Assembly (NCBI RefSeq): GCF_025526975.1
Contig: NW_026515669.1
Coordinates: forward strand, 1 to 64,000
Length of the DNA stretch: 64,000 bases
Direction of reading: 5' to 3'
From: Fimicolochytrium jonesii
Taxonomy: Eukaryota
The translations under genes and the position numbers were made by a program. Shown piece after piece: positions 1 through 12,026 of the stretch (position 1 is its first letter; each line of letters starts with the position of its first letter). A model generated the notes under the pieces. That model searched no databases. It worked only from the letters and a program-made list of their open reading frames with translations, and was not told the DNA's origin.

Positions 1-1056
1 GGTATCGATCTCCCTGCCCTTCCCCTTCCCCCCTTTGGCAGCCTCCCTCTTTTCCTCAGCCCTCTTATGCGCCCATTCCCTCTTTGCCTTCACGGCTTTG
101 TCCTCAGCAAGCGTAAGGTCTATGGCCTTCAGCGGCTTCGACGTTGACGCTGAGGCTTTTGGCTTTGGCTTTGGCCACGACGACGACGACCACAACCTCG
201 TCCACGCCTGCTGGGTCCTCTTCAATTCGATCAGATGTTGACGTTTACGGTATTTGCTCCGCTCCAAAGTACTCAGCAGCTTCCGGAAGTACCGGACCAT
301 CCGAAACTATTTGTCAAAAAGAGAATCAATCATTGTGGAACACAAGCCAAGCTGAAGATTAACGGCTTTTTGAACGTCCCCCTCCCCGGAGACGTCAAAA
401 ACGGCTTTATCTTCAGCTTGGGTAACTGGAATGCGTTGAATGACAAACAAGTACTCACGTCGTCCTTGTTCAGAGTCAGACCCTTTGCATGCCGTTGTTG
501 CATGATGGAGTCTGAGAAGAGGGCGCTGATGTACGTCTCAGCGGCCTCCTGCAGGGCATCGACTGCCTCTTGGTACCAGCGATGCCTTTCAGAGAACGGC
601 GTCGCCTCCGGGGTTGTCGCGATGCTCTGATTGTGAGCCCGGGACACTTCATAGTCGATCTCCTCTATCAACTTCCTGAAGGGCAACTTCAGGATCACCG
701 ACCCATATGTATGGGCATAGTGTTTGATCTCGGCCTCTGCCGACTCGCCCGACCGATATCCGCCCCTTCTTCGTCGCAGAGTCAGCGCCTTCGGGAACGT
801 GGACTTTGGTGGATAACCAACCTGACGTACCAAGCTGAAGATTAGTGCCATTTTGAACCCTCTCCAGACCGGGGACGGCGAAAATCAAGGTTCTCTCAGC
901 TTGTTCAAAACCCACCTTCCAAGTTCCTGTGACATTATCAATTCTAGATTGGGGAATTAATGCAGGTCGATCTGGGCGATTTGGAAGACGGCGTGGAGCA
1001 TCCAAGGCCAGTTTCCTGGCAGAACCGGGCGGGGCAGGGGGTCGTGGGTTGACCAT
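1..1056 (-). CDS. Divergent histone H3-like (CenH3-like) protein with long basic C-terminal extension; 3' end runs off the window
   Basis: Predicted exons 1056-916, 821-459 and 306-<1, joined by phase-0 introns (GTGGGT..CAG 915-822; GTGAGT..TAG 458-307). Spliced protein: tail SARKLALDAPRR; core YRSGESAEAEIKHY..KLPFRKLIEEI..RWYQEAVDALQEAAETYISALFSDS..HAKGLTLNKDD|FRMVRYFR. This aligns with H3 YRPGTVALREIRRY..KLPFQRLVREI..RFQSSAVMALQEA.EAYLVGLFEDT..HAKRVTIMPKDIQLARRIR. Confidence 0.85.
347..421. repeat. Palindromic ~75-bp element, copy 1 (intron 2 of the H3-like gene)
   Basis: Arms ccaagctgaagattaacggctttttgaacgtc and gacgtcaaaaacggctttatcttcagcttgg are near reverse complements. Confidence 0.85.
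831..903. repeat. Palindromic ~73-bp element, copy 2 (intron 1 of the H3-like gene)
   Basis: caagctgaagattag...ttctctcagcttg; same termini and length as copy 1, with a more degenerate interior. Confidence 0.75.
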
Positions 1057-1134
1057 ATTCTGATGTTAATTGAGAAAAGGAAAGAAGAGGCCAACGATCG
1101 GAATATATTCAAAAATGGTATGATATGGAACATA

Positions 1135-2047
1135 TTATTCATCGGCTTCAGCATCCTTGGTCCTCTTCCGGCTATAGTATTCGGCCATTTGCTTCCGCCA
1201 TTCCTTCATCTGCTCCGTATTTTCGAAGATGTCCTCAGCCTCATCGATAACCTCGGACGAAGGGTTACGCATTCCCTCAACAACCGTGTCCTGGAAGGAC
1301 AACCATGGCTGGGAGTAGTCGCCTGGGGAGGGGGCGGTGGCTGCGGCGGTTGCGGTTGGGCCGATTGGCGGTGGCGGAAAGATGGGAGCATCCCATGTCT
1401 GATGGATGCTGTGTGCGATGGAGGCGCCTTTGCAGAGATGGCCAAGGGGGCATAGTGCGGTGTCGTCCCATGCTGGCAACATCCAATCCCTCAGCCTCTC
1501 TGCGTCCAATGGGTGGATCCTCAAGCAATCTGAAAGAAGAACACGGTTATTGTTATTGCCCTTCAACGCAGCAACAAAACAAAGACAAGCTGAGGTTTAT
1601 GCGATTTTTCGACGCGCGCACGCCGGGGACGTCGAAAAACGCATTAACCCTCAGCTTCTCGAGAAGATACAAACCCCCGACCCAATCCTTCCTCAGCATC
1701 ACCCCGTTGACCTGCTTCCCCTCGTGGTAGATGCGCGCCTCTGAATGCACTCGACAGAGGCTGAAGGCCGCCGCCGAGCGGGCACGCCTCTGCAGCGTCC
1801 TGATGTGCCTCGATTGGTCGAGTGACCACCAGTAAAACTCGACCTGGTGGCCATCGACCATGCGGGTAACGATCACTGGGTCGTAGAGGATCCAGAGGTA
1901 ACGGAAGACGGCGATCGTCGTCTCCGTCTCCTCCTGCCCCATCTGCCAGTGCATTTCTGACAGGTCGTACATGGCCATCCCCATATCCCCCTCCCCGTTG
2001 TCGTTGGGTCCCCGTCCCGTCGCCGAAGAAGAAGAAGCCATACTCAC
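1135..2047 (-). CDS. Hypothetical protein, probably two exons (~270 aa)
   Basis: ORFs 1553-2047 and 1135-1566 can be joined by a phase-0 intron ending TTGAAG at ~1561; the donor is uncertain. TATA-like TATATA at ~2331-2337. No recognisable domain. Confidence 0.5.
1586..1657. repeat. Palindromic element, copy 3 (predicted intron of the 1135-2047 gene)
   Basis: aagctgaggtttatgcgatttttcgacg...cgtcgaaaaacgcattaaccctcagctt. Confidence 0.8.
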
Positions 2048-2130
2048 TTATGATGAGGGCAGGGTGTGTTGGTATACCTAAACTTTCGAACAAACGTCAG
2101 TCACGTCAGTCAAGCTGTCGAAACTCCGAC

Positions 2131-2201
2131 AAGCTGAGAATAACGCCGTTTTTCGACGCTTTCCAGCCCTTCTGGTTCAAAAACACAATAATCCTCAGCT
2201 T
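2131..2201. repeat. Palindromic element, copy 4 (directly after a minus-strand GTAAGT donor; probable 5'UTR intron)
   Basis: aagctgagaataacgccgtttttcgacg...ttcaaaaacacaataatcctcagctt; acttac (= GTAAGT) at 2202-2207. Confidence 0.75.
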
Positions 2202-2686
2202 ACTTACAGTGCGTGGCGTTGCAAGGAGAGAAGAGAGACGGGGTGATGTGTGTGTGATGTGTTGAAGATGGCGTAAAAGTGCTGTGGAAAGCATAGGGAA
2301 AACGTGAGGGGGAGCGTCTGCAGGCTGTGTTATATATGACATCCTTTAATTGGGGGAGTGTGTGGAAGCTATTCATGAGGCTAATCTGTTGCCATAAAAA
2401 ATGAAAAATCGATTCCCCTAATCAATTGTTAAGTGTTATCATCAAAATCGAATTCTCTGTTAAATTGCGCGCATTGACGCGTCCATTCATATGGGATCAT
2501 ATGTGGTGTACTATGGGAAGCGTGTACTGTGAAGGCCAGTAACGCAAGACCAGTAACGCTTCTAGTAACGCAGTGTGACTCACACACATCGCGCTCACGC
2601 GCATTTCATTGTACCTACTACTAGGGCTTGTGCCCGCCGCTACGCCGCGGATTTAAATATATTCACAATGTAATAGTCAGAACTAA

Positions 2687-5600
2687 TCACAACAAAACTT
2701 CCTGATAGACTACATTACGGGTGCAATTCTGCAAGTGGGGAGAGGTACGGGGCGTAACTGGGAGCACACGCAATCCTTGAGCAGATGTTGTCCGGGAGAC
2801 AGCAACGTACAGCTGCCCATGGGTGAAAACAGGAGTTGGGAGATAGATTCCCACCCTCGCCAGGGTTTGGCCTTGGGATTTGTTGATGGTCATGGCGAAT
2901 GCTAACTGCACAGGGAATTGGCGTCGCTGTAGTGTGAATGGGAGTATTTTGGTTGCAGGCGCCAATGTAATCCTTGGGATGAACACCACATGACCAACAT
3001 GGGTGCCAGTGATGATCTCAGCTTCAATAACCCTCTGGCCGAGGCGCCGGACTTCCAGCCGGGTGCCATTGCAAAGTCCTGCAGCCTGGTTGAGGTTGCG
3101 GAGGAGGATGATCGGGGCGCCAACCTTAAGCTGCAGACAATGGGCAGGTAATCCAGGGAGGGTGACCGTATTGAGGAACTCGACAGGGTATAAGGCTTCA
3201 TGATTTTCCGGGCACTCCGGGCCGCTTGAAGGGACGGTGTCCGCACTGAAGTATTCTTGAAGGTCTCCTTCCGTTCTGTGCAGCATGGATGTGTTAACAG
3301 CGTGCACATCTTCATTCCTTGGGGACAGAATCGCCCTGTCTGTCCAGTACGTAGGAGATTCCTTTGAAGGCAGGTCACCATAGACATAGTGCAGAAGCCC
3401 GTCCAGAGTTCTGCCAGTCTCTGATAACAACACCTCCTCCGGGAGCAAAATCTAGTCATCCTCATGATCACCTTTCACAGGCTGTGCGGGTATCTTGCCA
3501 TCCCCTATATCCAGAATCCACTGTGGGAATGCTTTGGAAAAATCTGTTTCGTTGGCGTGAGCTGTTGAAGCGATGCGCATGTTTTGCGTCAACGTGAAGA
3601 CCTGGACAGTGTGCCAGAAGTTGGATCGTTGCACACTTGCTCCTACAGTTTCTTCACACCCGCCCTTGTAGATGACAGGGGGAATCTGGCGAAAGTCTCC
3701 CCCAAGCAGAACAACCTTCCCGCCCATAGATGCACTGCACTTGGTGATGTCTTGCAAGGTTCGTGAAACAGCTTCCAAAGCGTGCTTGTGCATCATGGGT
3801 GCCTCGTCCCAGACTATGAGCTCCGCCTCCCTTATCAATTCCGCATGATCAGATCGTGGGGAGATAGAGCAGGTAGATGTTTCCGTCAGGTCGATTGGGA
3901 TCTTAAACCGGGAGTGAGCAGTTCTACCCCCGTCCAGAAGCAGCGCAGCAATTCCTGACGACGCAACAGCAAGAACGATCTTGTTTTGGCTGCGAAGATT
4001 TGCGATGATTGTCTGGTACAGGAATGTCTTGCCAGTGCCCCCACTGCCATTGACAAAGAATATGTTTGGGGCTTTCTGCGTTACGGCGGAGGTGACATCG
4101 TTGAAAATTCTAGTTTGTGCCTCGTTGAGACATGGGATGGCCGTCTCAGCAAAGGCGGCCAGTTGCAGAATGTCGTACAATGTTTCCTCTTGTATCACCC
4201 TTGCAATTCTCCTACCCAGCATGGGTTGTCCTGTGAGTTTCGGGAGGGTTGGGAAGTCGCCAAGGTTCTTGCCGTTGCGTCGCAGTGTGCGATCCAGGTC
4301 AGCCAGAGCTTCATTCTCAATCTCTGGTGCTGTTATGGACCTGAATGCATATCCAGGGAGGAGGCGTATACGGTGTTCAATGTCGTCGCTGAGGTCCATC
4401 AAGAACTCTGCCCAGAGTTTTCCTGGTTGTGATACTTCGTTGAAGAGTAAGATTGCTGCGAAGAGCTCACGCAAACGGGCCCCTGATGCCCATGTGGCAG
4501 CTTCTCGTAAGGCATCAGCCCACTCCCGGTCATCTTGCAGCAGGCCTCTCGCTCGACAGGCATCTTTGAACGTGGAGTAGAGTTGTCCGTGCATACTGCG
4601 GAGATTCTCAAAGGAAGTAGCTCCCGGAACGTTGTTGAGAAGCAAGCGCAGGTAATATCGCTCCCCAGACGTTGGATGGGCAAAGTAAAGCCTGCCAATG
4701 GCAATGCCCTGCTTGCGGGGGTGCCATCTCTTGGCCTGCGCATCCCAGGTGTAATTCTGGGGAAAGTTAGGGTACGTTATGGTGCGATGTGCATTGTCCC
4801 CTTCAGCAGGAGTAGAATTGTAGGTAAACCATTCGGTCAGCGTGGTCTTCGCTGTAGCTGCACGGGCAAGGATGTCGTCTAACTGGTCGTCCTCAGTGAA
4901 GACAACATGGTGCTGCCCCGGTAAGTGCACTTGCAATCGCATCACTGCAGGATGTCGTCCATGCATCGGAAACTTGAACAGATGCCATGAGGCTTCCGCA
5001 GCTGAGACGTATCGTGAGTCAATGAACTGTTCAAGTTCATCAATGGGCTCTGGCGCTGAGGGCTCAGAGGTGTTCTCGGGATCAACACGCCTCTTCTTCT
5101 TCTTTGGGTTGGATGATTGAGAGAGGACCACCGTTGCCTTGTCATGGCCCTTGTATATGTATGTGAACAGGTATTTGACAGCAGTGATCTGGGTACATAT
5201 CTCCACATTGATGTGTGCGTCGTACCTCTCCAGGAGATACTTGTTGTGTGGGACCACCCAAGAGTTGTTGAGTTCAACACCTTGGACCTTCACAGTGCGA
5301 CCATTGTCCCTGCGCCGATACAAAGGGTATCCATTCACGTCGTTTGATGTTTCTTCCCTCAAAACCCTTGGATAGCGCTTTGAACACTTTCCTTCCTCCA
5401 TGCAGGGTGCGTGTGGATTGGCGGGACCACACGGGCCGTGCATCATCAAGGAGGCAACCCTGTGATAGTAGGCAGGAGAAGCGTCAGGTTCCGGTATCTC
5501 TGCGGACACAAATCTGTCCACATCCGCAGGTGTCACTGGTTGAGCATCCTTGTGAAGGGTGATCAAGATGTGTGCATGAGGTAAGCCACGCTTCTGGAAC

Positions 5601-7396
5601 TCGATCGTGTGGATGTCTGCAATGTGTAGACCGAAGATGTTCTTCTTTGTGAGGTCCTCCATCAACTTCTCTTGCTTCATTCGGAAGACCCGTGCGGTAA
5701 GGTCTGGCCTGTCGATATTTGTCTGTCCTTCCAACAGGGCGTCCTTAATTTCAGGCCATTGAGCGTTGCAGGTGAACGTTATCAGCAACGTTGGCTTCCC
5801 ACCCCAGCGTACTATGGCCATGGCATCTTGATAACTCTGCATCATCTGGCGTGGGCTGCCTTGGAAAGAAGAAGGCAGCACAATACGCTTGCCAAGGTTG
5901 GCAATGTTTGTTTCCCCGGATTCAAAGGCATCCTCAAGTCCTTGGTACAGATCAGCCCTTATGGTAGTCTGATTGTTGCGAATCCAGTTCAAGCGTCCCT
6001 GCTCGACAATCGCATAAGCATCCACAATGAATTGTTCCAGAAGTCGTCCACCACGGAGCAGAGCTATTCCATCTGCAACTCGGCGTTGCAACCGGTAGGA
6101 ATAGAACTCCGTAGCGGAAACGGTCCGTCGTTCCTTGCCTTTGCGACCTGGTGTTTTCTCACCCTGGCGGGGGCCAGGGGTTGAGTTTCGGAGAGGAATC
6201 AAGTGGTGCCATCCGTCTTCTCCGTGTGGAAAGAGCAACGGATATTGCAGGGGCATGTAGGCAGGGTGGCGCTCGGAAATCTCTTGTAGACCTCCTCCCT
6301 GCTTCTGAACAATGACTTGTCTTTTGGACACTGCCTCTGCACCATCTCCAACCATGATGGCGGCAACCTCGTCTGCAGTTGGGCAATTGTATCTTCGGCT
6401 GTCTGTTGTGCGCTCCAGAACTATCCTCATGGAGATATCGATGGCAGGATTTTCCGCAAGGATGTTGCGGACGGATCGGTAGACATGTGCGTATGGGTTC
6501 ACCTCATAAAGCATGTGTTGTAGTTCACCGATGATGTTGATGTCTGGTTTCTTTCCATCAAAGTGGCTGGCACGGTTTTCAGCTTCATGTTCTGTGTCGT
6601 AGATGTACATCTGTGCAAAGCGTGGTCGCTTCCCTGTTGCAATCTGTTGTTCGGATGGGAGAAGGCTTCCGATGTGGTGACATATCTGACCATGAACGCG
6701 GAAGGAGTACACTCCTTGGGTGCCGGTGACGCTCAAGTCAATGTCCGCACCAAGAGAGGTCCAAGCCAAGGATGAGTTGTATGAGCGTATGGCTTCCCGA
6801 AACTTCTTTGCGTGTGGTGAATTGGATGTCAGGAGATCACATAATGTTGCGGGAGTCGTCGGGAGTGGTGGTAAGAGGACTGTGCCTCTTTCACAGCAAA
6901 GGGAGAACTTGGGGTGTGCTTTTGAGGATGTCGCACAGCGCTCCAAGATCCACATGTGTGCGCCACAATCGATGCAGACAGTGTCGCAGCTCCCAGCTGA
7001 CCAATAATCGGTAATCAAGGTCGGGCGCAGAGCTGGTGGCAATGGCATGGGTTTTGCTGGTCGCTCTTGTCGCCTTTGACTCTGCAGTTGAGTTTGCCGA
7101 CGTGTGGTGTGTTTGAAGACATCGCTTAAATGTGTGAGGAGGCGATCCATGCATTGCCAGATGTATTTGAGACGTTCCTGTGATAGTGTGGGTGTGGTCG
7201 ATGCCTGTAGACTGGCACGGGCTGCCGCAACAACATCACCACCATGCTGGATCAGAAGTTCTTGCCAAAGGAGGGTGATGCGGTCTTGAACGTTTGAATG
7301 CAGGTGTGGACTTGAGGACACAAGAGTGCGGGCAGAAGAAGGTGTACTGATGAACATGAAGTATTGAATAGAATTGGAAAGAAATACATGGATCAA
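2687..7396 (-). pseudogene. Helitron Rep (HUH-Y2)/PIF1-like helicase with one in-frame stop
   Basis: Motifs [56 protein letters not shown] and [13 protein letters not shown] at 3452-3454 splits the same-frame ORFs 3452-7396 and 2687-3448. Confidence 0.93.
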
Positions 7397-7405
7397 TCTA
7401 ATGCT

Positions 7406-8948
7406 CTACATCAGGTCTAACTGGTATGACATGAAGGCGTCCACATCCAACATCAACTTTTGCGACGCCAGCAGCCTCTCAGTGATGCGGTTCTCATAAA
7501 CCTTCCGCAAGACAGCTGGGAGGACTTCGACCTCAGTTTTATGGACAGTCGCAGATGTCCAGCCGTCTAACTCTTCAGGCATGTAAACCCGGAAGGTGAT
7601 AGCCCCCAGTGGTAAGACGTATTCCCAACCAAGGTGCTTGTCGAAAAACCACATCCCACCATTTTCATCTAACATCTCCCACCCCACCTCACTGTCTACC
7701 CAAGACGGATGTTTGGCCGTGATGACAATGTCCGTGCTTGCCACACTGAGTACACACCTCAGAATGGGACCTGCATCAAATAGGCGACGGAAGTGGAGGG
7801 GGTCCTCATCTGGAGTGCTGTCGATACGTCTCTCGGGAAGGGGGTCAAGCGTCCAGGTTGCGGCAGGCATCTATCAAATGGAATCCAGTCAATGCATTGA
7901 ACAGTTGTAATTCACACAATCATATTTATTTTAGGAGAACTTCACACGTACATGGCCATTATTGTTTGCTTTGATGTAGTCAAGACAGAGACCTCTCGTA
8001 ATATCAGCTAAGTCGGTCTTCTGCTTAGGTTTGAGGGCAAGGGGGGTCTGTTTGAGCAGAACAGCTCCAATCTGGCGAAGCGTGTACCACAGGTCATTGT
8101 CGTTCTCAGCCGCCTTGCAGAGTTCCAGGAGGGATTGGCCAAACTCAGACTTGGGATCGAAGAGTTGCTTGTCCGACATTTCGGAAGACTCGGGAGGTCT
8201 GGGTGGCACTGTTGACAGCTGTATGTTCAGTCGATGAGGCCGCAGGGGTCGCCGCAGTTGTCGGGCTGGATTCAGTGGTGGTCGATGTGGTGATGGTACT
8301 GACAGAGGGCATATGCTGAGTAGTCTTGTTGGAGGGTGCATTGCGACGACGGGTCTTGGCAGGACGGGCAGGTGCGGTGGCAGTGGATGTTGGGCTGGTG
8401 GGAACTTTGCTGACAGGGCGAGGCGGGACAGAAGTTCCTGAAGAGGAGGCTGCAGGATCGGTGGTGGCAGAGAGTTTACGCTTGCGAACAGGCATAGGTC
8501 GGGTAGGCGAGGTAGGAGTAATGGGTGAGGTAGGAGTAATGGGCGAGGTAGGCAGGGTGGAACTATGTCGACGAACAGCATTGGCTTGGTCAGGGGTAAG
8601 CGACGGCGTAGGCATGATGGTGTTGGTGAGGGTGTTGGCAGCAGGATGATGGTCTGGGGTGCGGGGCGGGTTGGTGGTAATAGCAGGATTGGCGCTGGTG
8701 TGGTGATCTTTCGGAACGGGTGTGTTGGCGGATTTGACAGTGTCGGGAACGGTGATGTCAGCACTGTCAACAGTCATTCCGACAGGTGACAGTCGATTGG
8801 GAGGTCGAAGGTGGGCTGTCTGCGGAGGGCGATAGAAGTCTCCTTTGGTGGTAGGAATGGTGGGCGAGGGAGATTTGCATCTTTTGGGCATGGTGGAGGC
8901 TCTATGTGAAGAACAGAAAATATTAGCAAAAATATCCATCATTCGCAT
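7406..8948 (-). CDS. Helitron-borne accessory ORF(s) of unknown function
   Basis: T/P/S-rich ORF (8145-8948), then a helical-looking segment (7931-8200). A GTACGT..TAG intron links it to ORF 7406-7870. A frame change near 8170-8230 is unresolved. Confidence 0.4.
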
Positions 8949-11900
8949 ATGTCAATTCAAACACACACACACACACGTACACACACGCACACAGACAGAA
9001 ACAGACATACCTGGAGGTGTGGGCAATGGAGAGGAAGATGGGTGGGAAGGTGATGTTGGTGGATGTAGAAAGGGAGGGGGGGAAGGTGGAGAGACAGTCT
9101 CCTTTTATACATTTTCAAAGTTATAGTACAGAGGGGGGGGGGGGGGGGGGGTACACTACACACAGGGGAGCTTCATGAAGGGAACTGCTTGGTCAAACTC
9201 CTGTTTGGTCTGCACTGGCTCCAGTGCCTGTGAGAAAAGAGAAAAAGAGTGAAACATGATCAGGATCAAAAAAAAGTTTGCACCAGTCAAAAAAGAGAAA
9301 TTTACCTCAATGTACCCATCAATAGTAGCCACCCACTCCATAAGGGCAGCCCTGACCTGCTGGAGCCGGCGGTAGAGGTCTCTTTTCCACTCAGGGGTTG
9401 GTAAGATAAGGTGAGGCATGGCAAATTGTAGTTGGAAGATGGGATCTTGGATCAAAAAGATGTGATCTGATAGGTAAAGACCTGAGATTGGTGATTGATT
9501 GGGTCATCTGAGGGGCCCAGGGGACGCCCAAAAGGCCCTTTTATAATCAAGTTTTCATCCCCAGATCTCCATCTCTTCTGGGGGAAGAGAAAAAGCAAAT
9601 CTCCATCTCCAAACCAAAAAGGTCACCGGAGAAGAGAGCCACTGACAGTTTCAGTGTCAAACAGCGTGTCAAATTTAATCCAGTCACTCACAACGCGTTT
9701 CATTCATCAGCTGAAGAAGCCCCGCTGCACGCGCCGCACCCGCAGCCGCACCCGCACCCAACAACCACAACTCACCTGACCCGCACGTCAAAAACGGACA
9801 CCTTTTTCAATTAACTATAAGATATACTCTCACTCACTCGACTGCACAGATCTTCTCAGGGCAACCCAGCACAGCCACCCGGACTGTCGGACTTGCAGAG
9901 CTTGCGCCGTCGCCGTTCAACCCAGCTTCTCCCAACACCACCATTGCAGACATCATTGCCACGGAATTCAACACCAGACACATACAACCCCTCCGCCGGC
10001 CACAGCAGCCTTCCCAAGTGGCTGGACTTCGCCTCCCCACTCTCCTTTTCGCTTTTGACTTACTCTGGACTTGGCAATCAGCATGCAAAGGTATGTCATG
10101 GCTGTCCCGCGGGCATTCCTACACCCCATCGTCGGCATGGCCACGTTCCCCGAGCCTGCTCCATGTACCAGTGAGCTGGGAGTATGTTACAGAACAAGAC
10201 TGACTCTTCCTTTGCCTCTAAATACCCACAGACAAAAACCCGGGCCCAACGGGGGCAAAGGGCTCGCCAGAATCAACTATCCTGCACGCTGGAAGCATGG
10301 AAAACACTACATTCCCGGTTGCATTGGCTGTCGGAAACACAGTTCCTCGAAGTTTCAGCGAATCTCAAAGGATGCTTACGTGACGCTGATGGAATATGGT
10401 TATTATCCAATGATGGGGGTTGGGGCATATGAGCCATATGCGTGCAAAGCGTGCGTTGAAAACTGGAGGAGGATGAGCTGGATGACGACGGCAAGTGGAG
10501 GAGCGCAGAGACAGAGAGCTGATGGATCTGGGGCAGCGGAGGGGGTGGATGATGATCTTTACGTGCGGGTGGACGATATGGACGTGGAGAACCCTTCTTT
10601 CGAGGTTATCCAGAACCCCGACGAGGAGTTGAGGCAGCCTTGTTTGCGGCAGCCTCCTCCCGTTGGGGGGGATGAGGAATATGGACGGAAGCTGATGCTC
10701 TTTGTGCAACGGCCGTACAAAGGGCAAGCATTGGAACCGGAGGCAGCAGAGGACGTGATCATGTATATGGATGCAGAATGTGATGGGCTTTTTGCTGCGA
10801 CGGCAAAACAGCTGCAGAAGCCAGTGGAGCGCTTGCACATCCGTGACAAAGCGGCAATCATCTTCCTTATTTGCTACAAGGCAGCGCTGATTGATCCAAA
10901 GGTACGTCAGTCTTTTCCAGTATTATCCACACCATCCACACCGCTGACACTTACGCATTTATCATGTGCAGGTCTTGTTTGTTAAGGACTATTGGTCGCA
11001 ACACCTCAACAAAGCCAACGTCTCGCATTTGTTGAAGAAGCTGTTCTCCCGCTTCAACCTTACCTATCACCCGTCAAAGGAAAAGGCGCGTCTGAATAAA
11101 ACCATTGAGATGTCGTTTGCACAGCTGTCGCAGGACGTAAAGACCACAATGGGAACAATCGTCTTCAAGGTTGACGACTACAACTGGTTGCATTGTACCC
11201 CGCTGCCAGCTGCTGCAAACAGCAAACTGCGCACACAACGGCAATCATTGCTCTCAAAATTCACGGTGCAGTGCCGCCGCCTCCTTCGACCATCGCTGTG
11301 GGTTTCACTGACCATATCCTTGAGCATTGTCACGACTGGATGCGCTCTGCGTTGAAAACTTCAACGCTTTCCGATTCGCTGATTTATCAGATACGAGATG
11401 CGAGTCTCAAGCCGAGAGCACGATACTTTGAGATCCGACAGCATGTGGCAGCTAGCAAGCGGTACGTTGTATACAACACAATATTTGCTCTCCAATTCTA
11501 AAGCTGTTGTTGGTCTAGGATGTACAACTGGTCCGTTGCCACCAAAGCGGGTTCCCTGAAGGGCTTTCGCACTGTTGCCTCACTCGAGAACAACATGAAG
11601 AAGGAAACGGATATGAATCAGATCTTGGAGCGCATCGCTCATTTTGTGGAGACAACAGGGTATGATGGGAACGTGTTCCTTGTTGGTGACTTCTATGTCT
11701 GGAAGAATGCCATGAAATCGTATTATGCCGGCAATATCTTGGCAAACCGCATCATCATAATGCCCGACGCTCTGCACATTGCAGTGGATGCGCAGGAAGC
11801 CCTGATGCGGCATGCATTTGAGGTACGTGAGCTTGTCGCCTCCATTATCACGCTCTTTGCTCAACTGTTCTCCATGTAGGTGCTCCACCAGGTTTGGGAG

Positions 11901-12026
11901 CGTGGCTTTCCAAATGCCAAATGGTTGCCATTCAAGATGCGTCCGCAGCGTCGCGTTGCCATCCTTGTCTACATGCCGGATGCATGGGCACTCGCTCGTC
12001 CCACTGTGCAGGAGTGGGTTGACAAT

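Larger units (their letters stand above)
2621..9822 (-). mobile_element. Helitron, ~7.2 kb
   Basis: 3' end CTAG at 2621-2624 followed by T, with a GC hairpin CCGC-C-GC-TAC-GC-C-GCGG at 2634-2650. Candidate 5' end A|TCTTATAGTTAA at 9822. Insertion between A and T, no TSD; contains a Rep/helicase ORF. The 3' end is firm; the 5' end is less certain. Confidence 0.8.

Noticed and set aside
330..851. 173-aa single-exon histone ORF from the track
   Set aside because: Both ends are intron read-through; the spliced model restores the tail and helix 3.
347..2201. Palindromes as a CRISPR array or attC/integron cassettes
   Set aside because: Spacing is irregular, the context is eukaryotic and intronic, and there are no cas or tyrosine-integrase genes.
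3452..3454. Stop-codon read-through in Rep/helicase
   Set aside because: A single TGG-to-TAG change or a sequencing error is simpler; there is no supporting signal.
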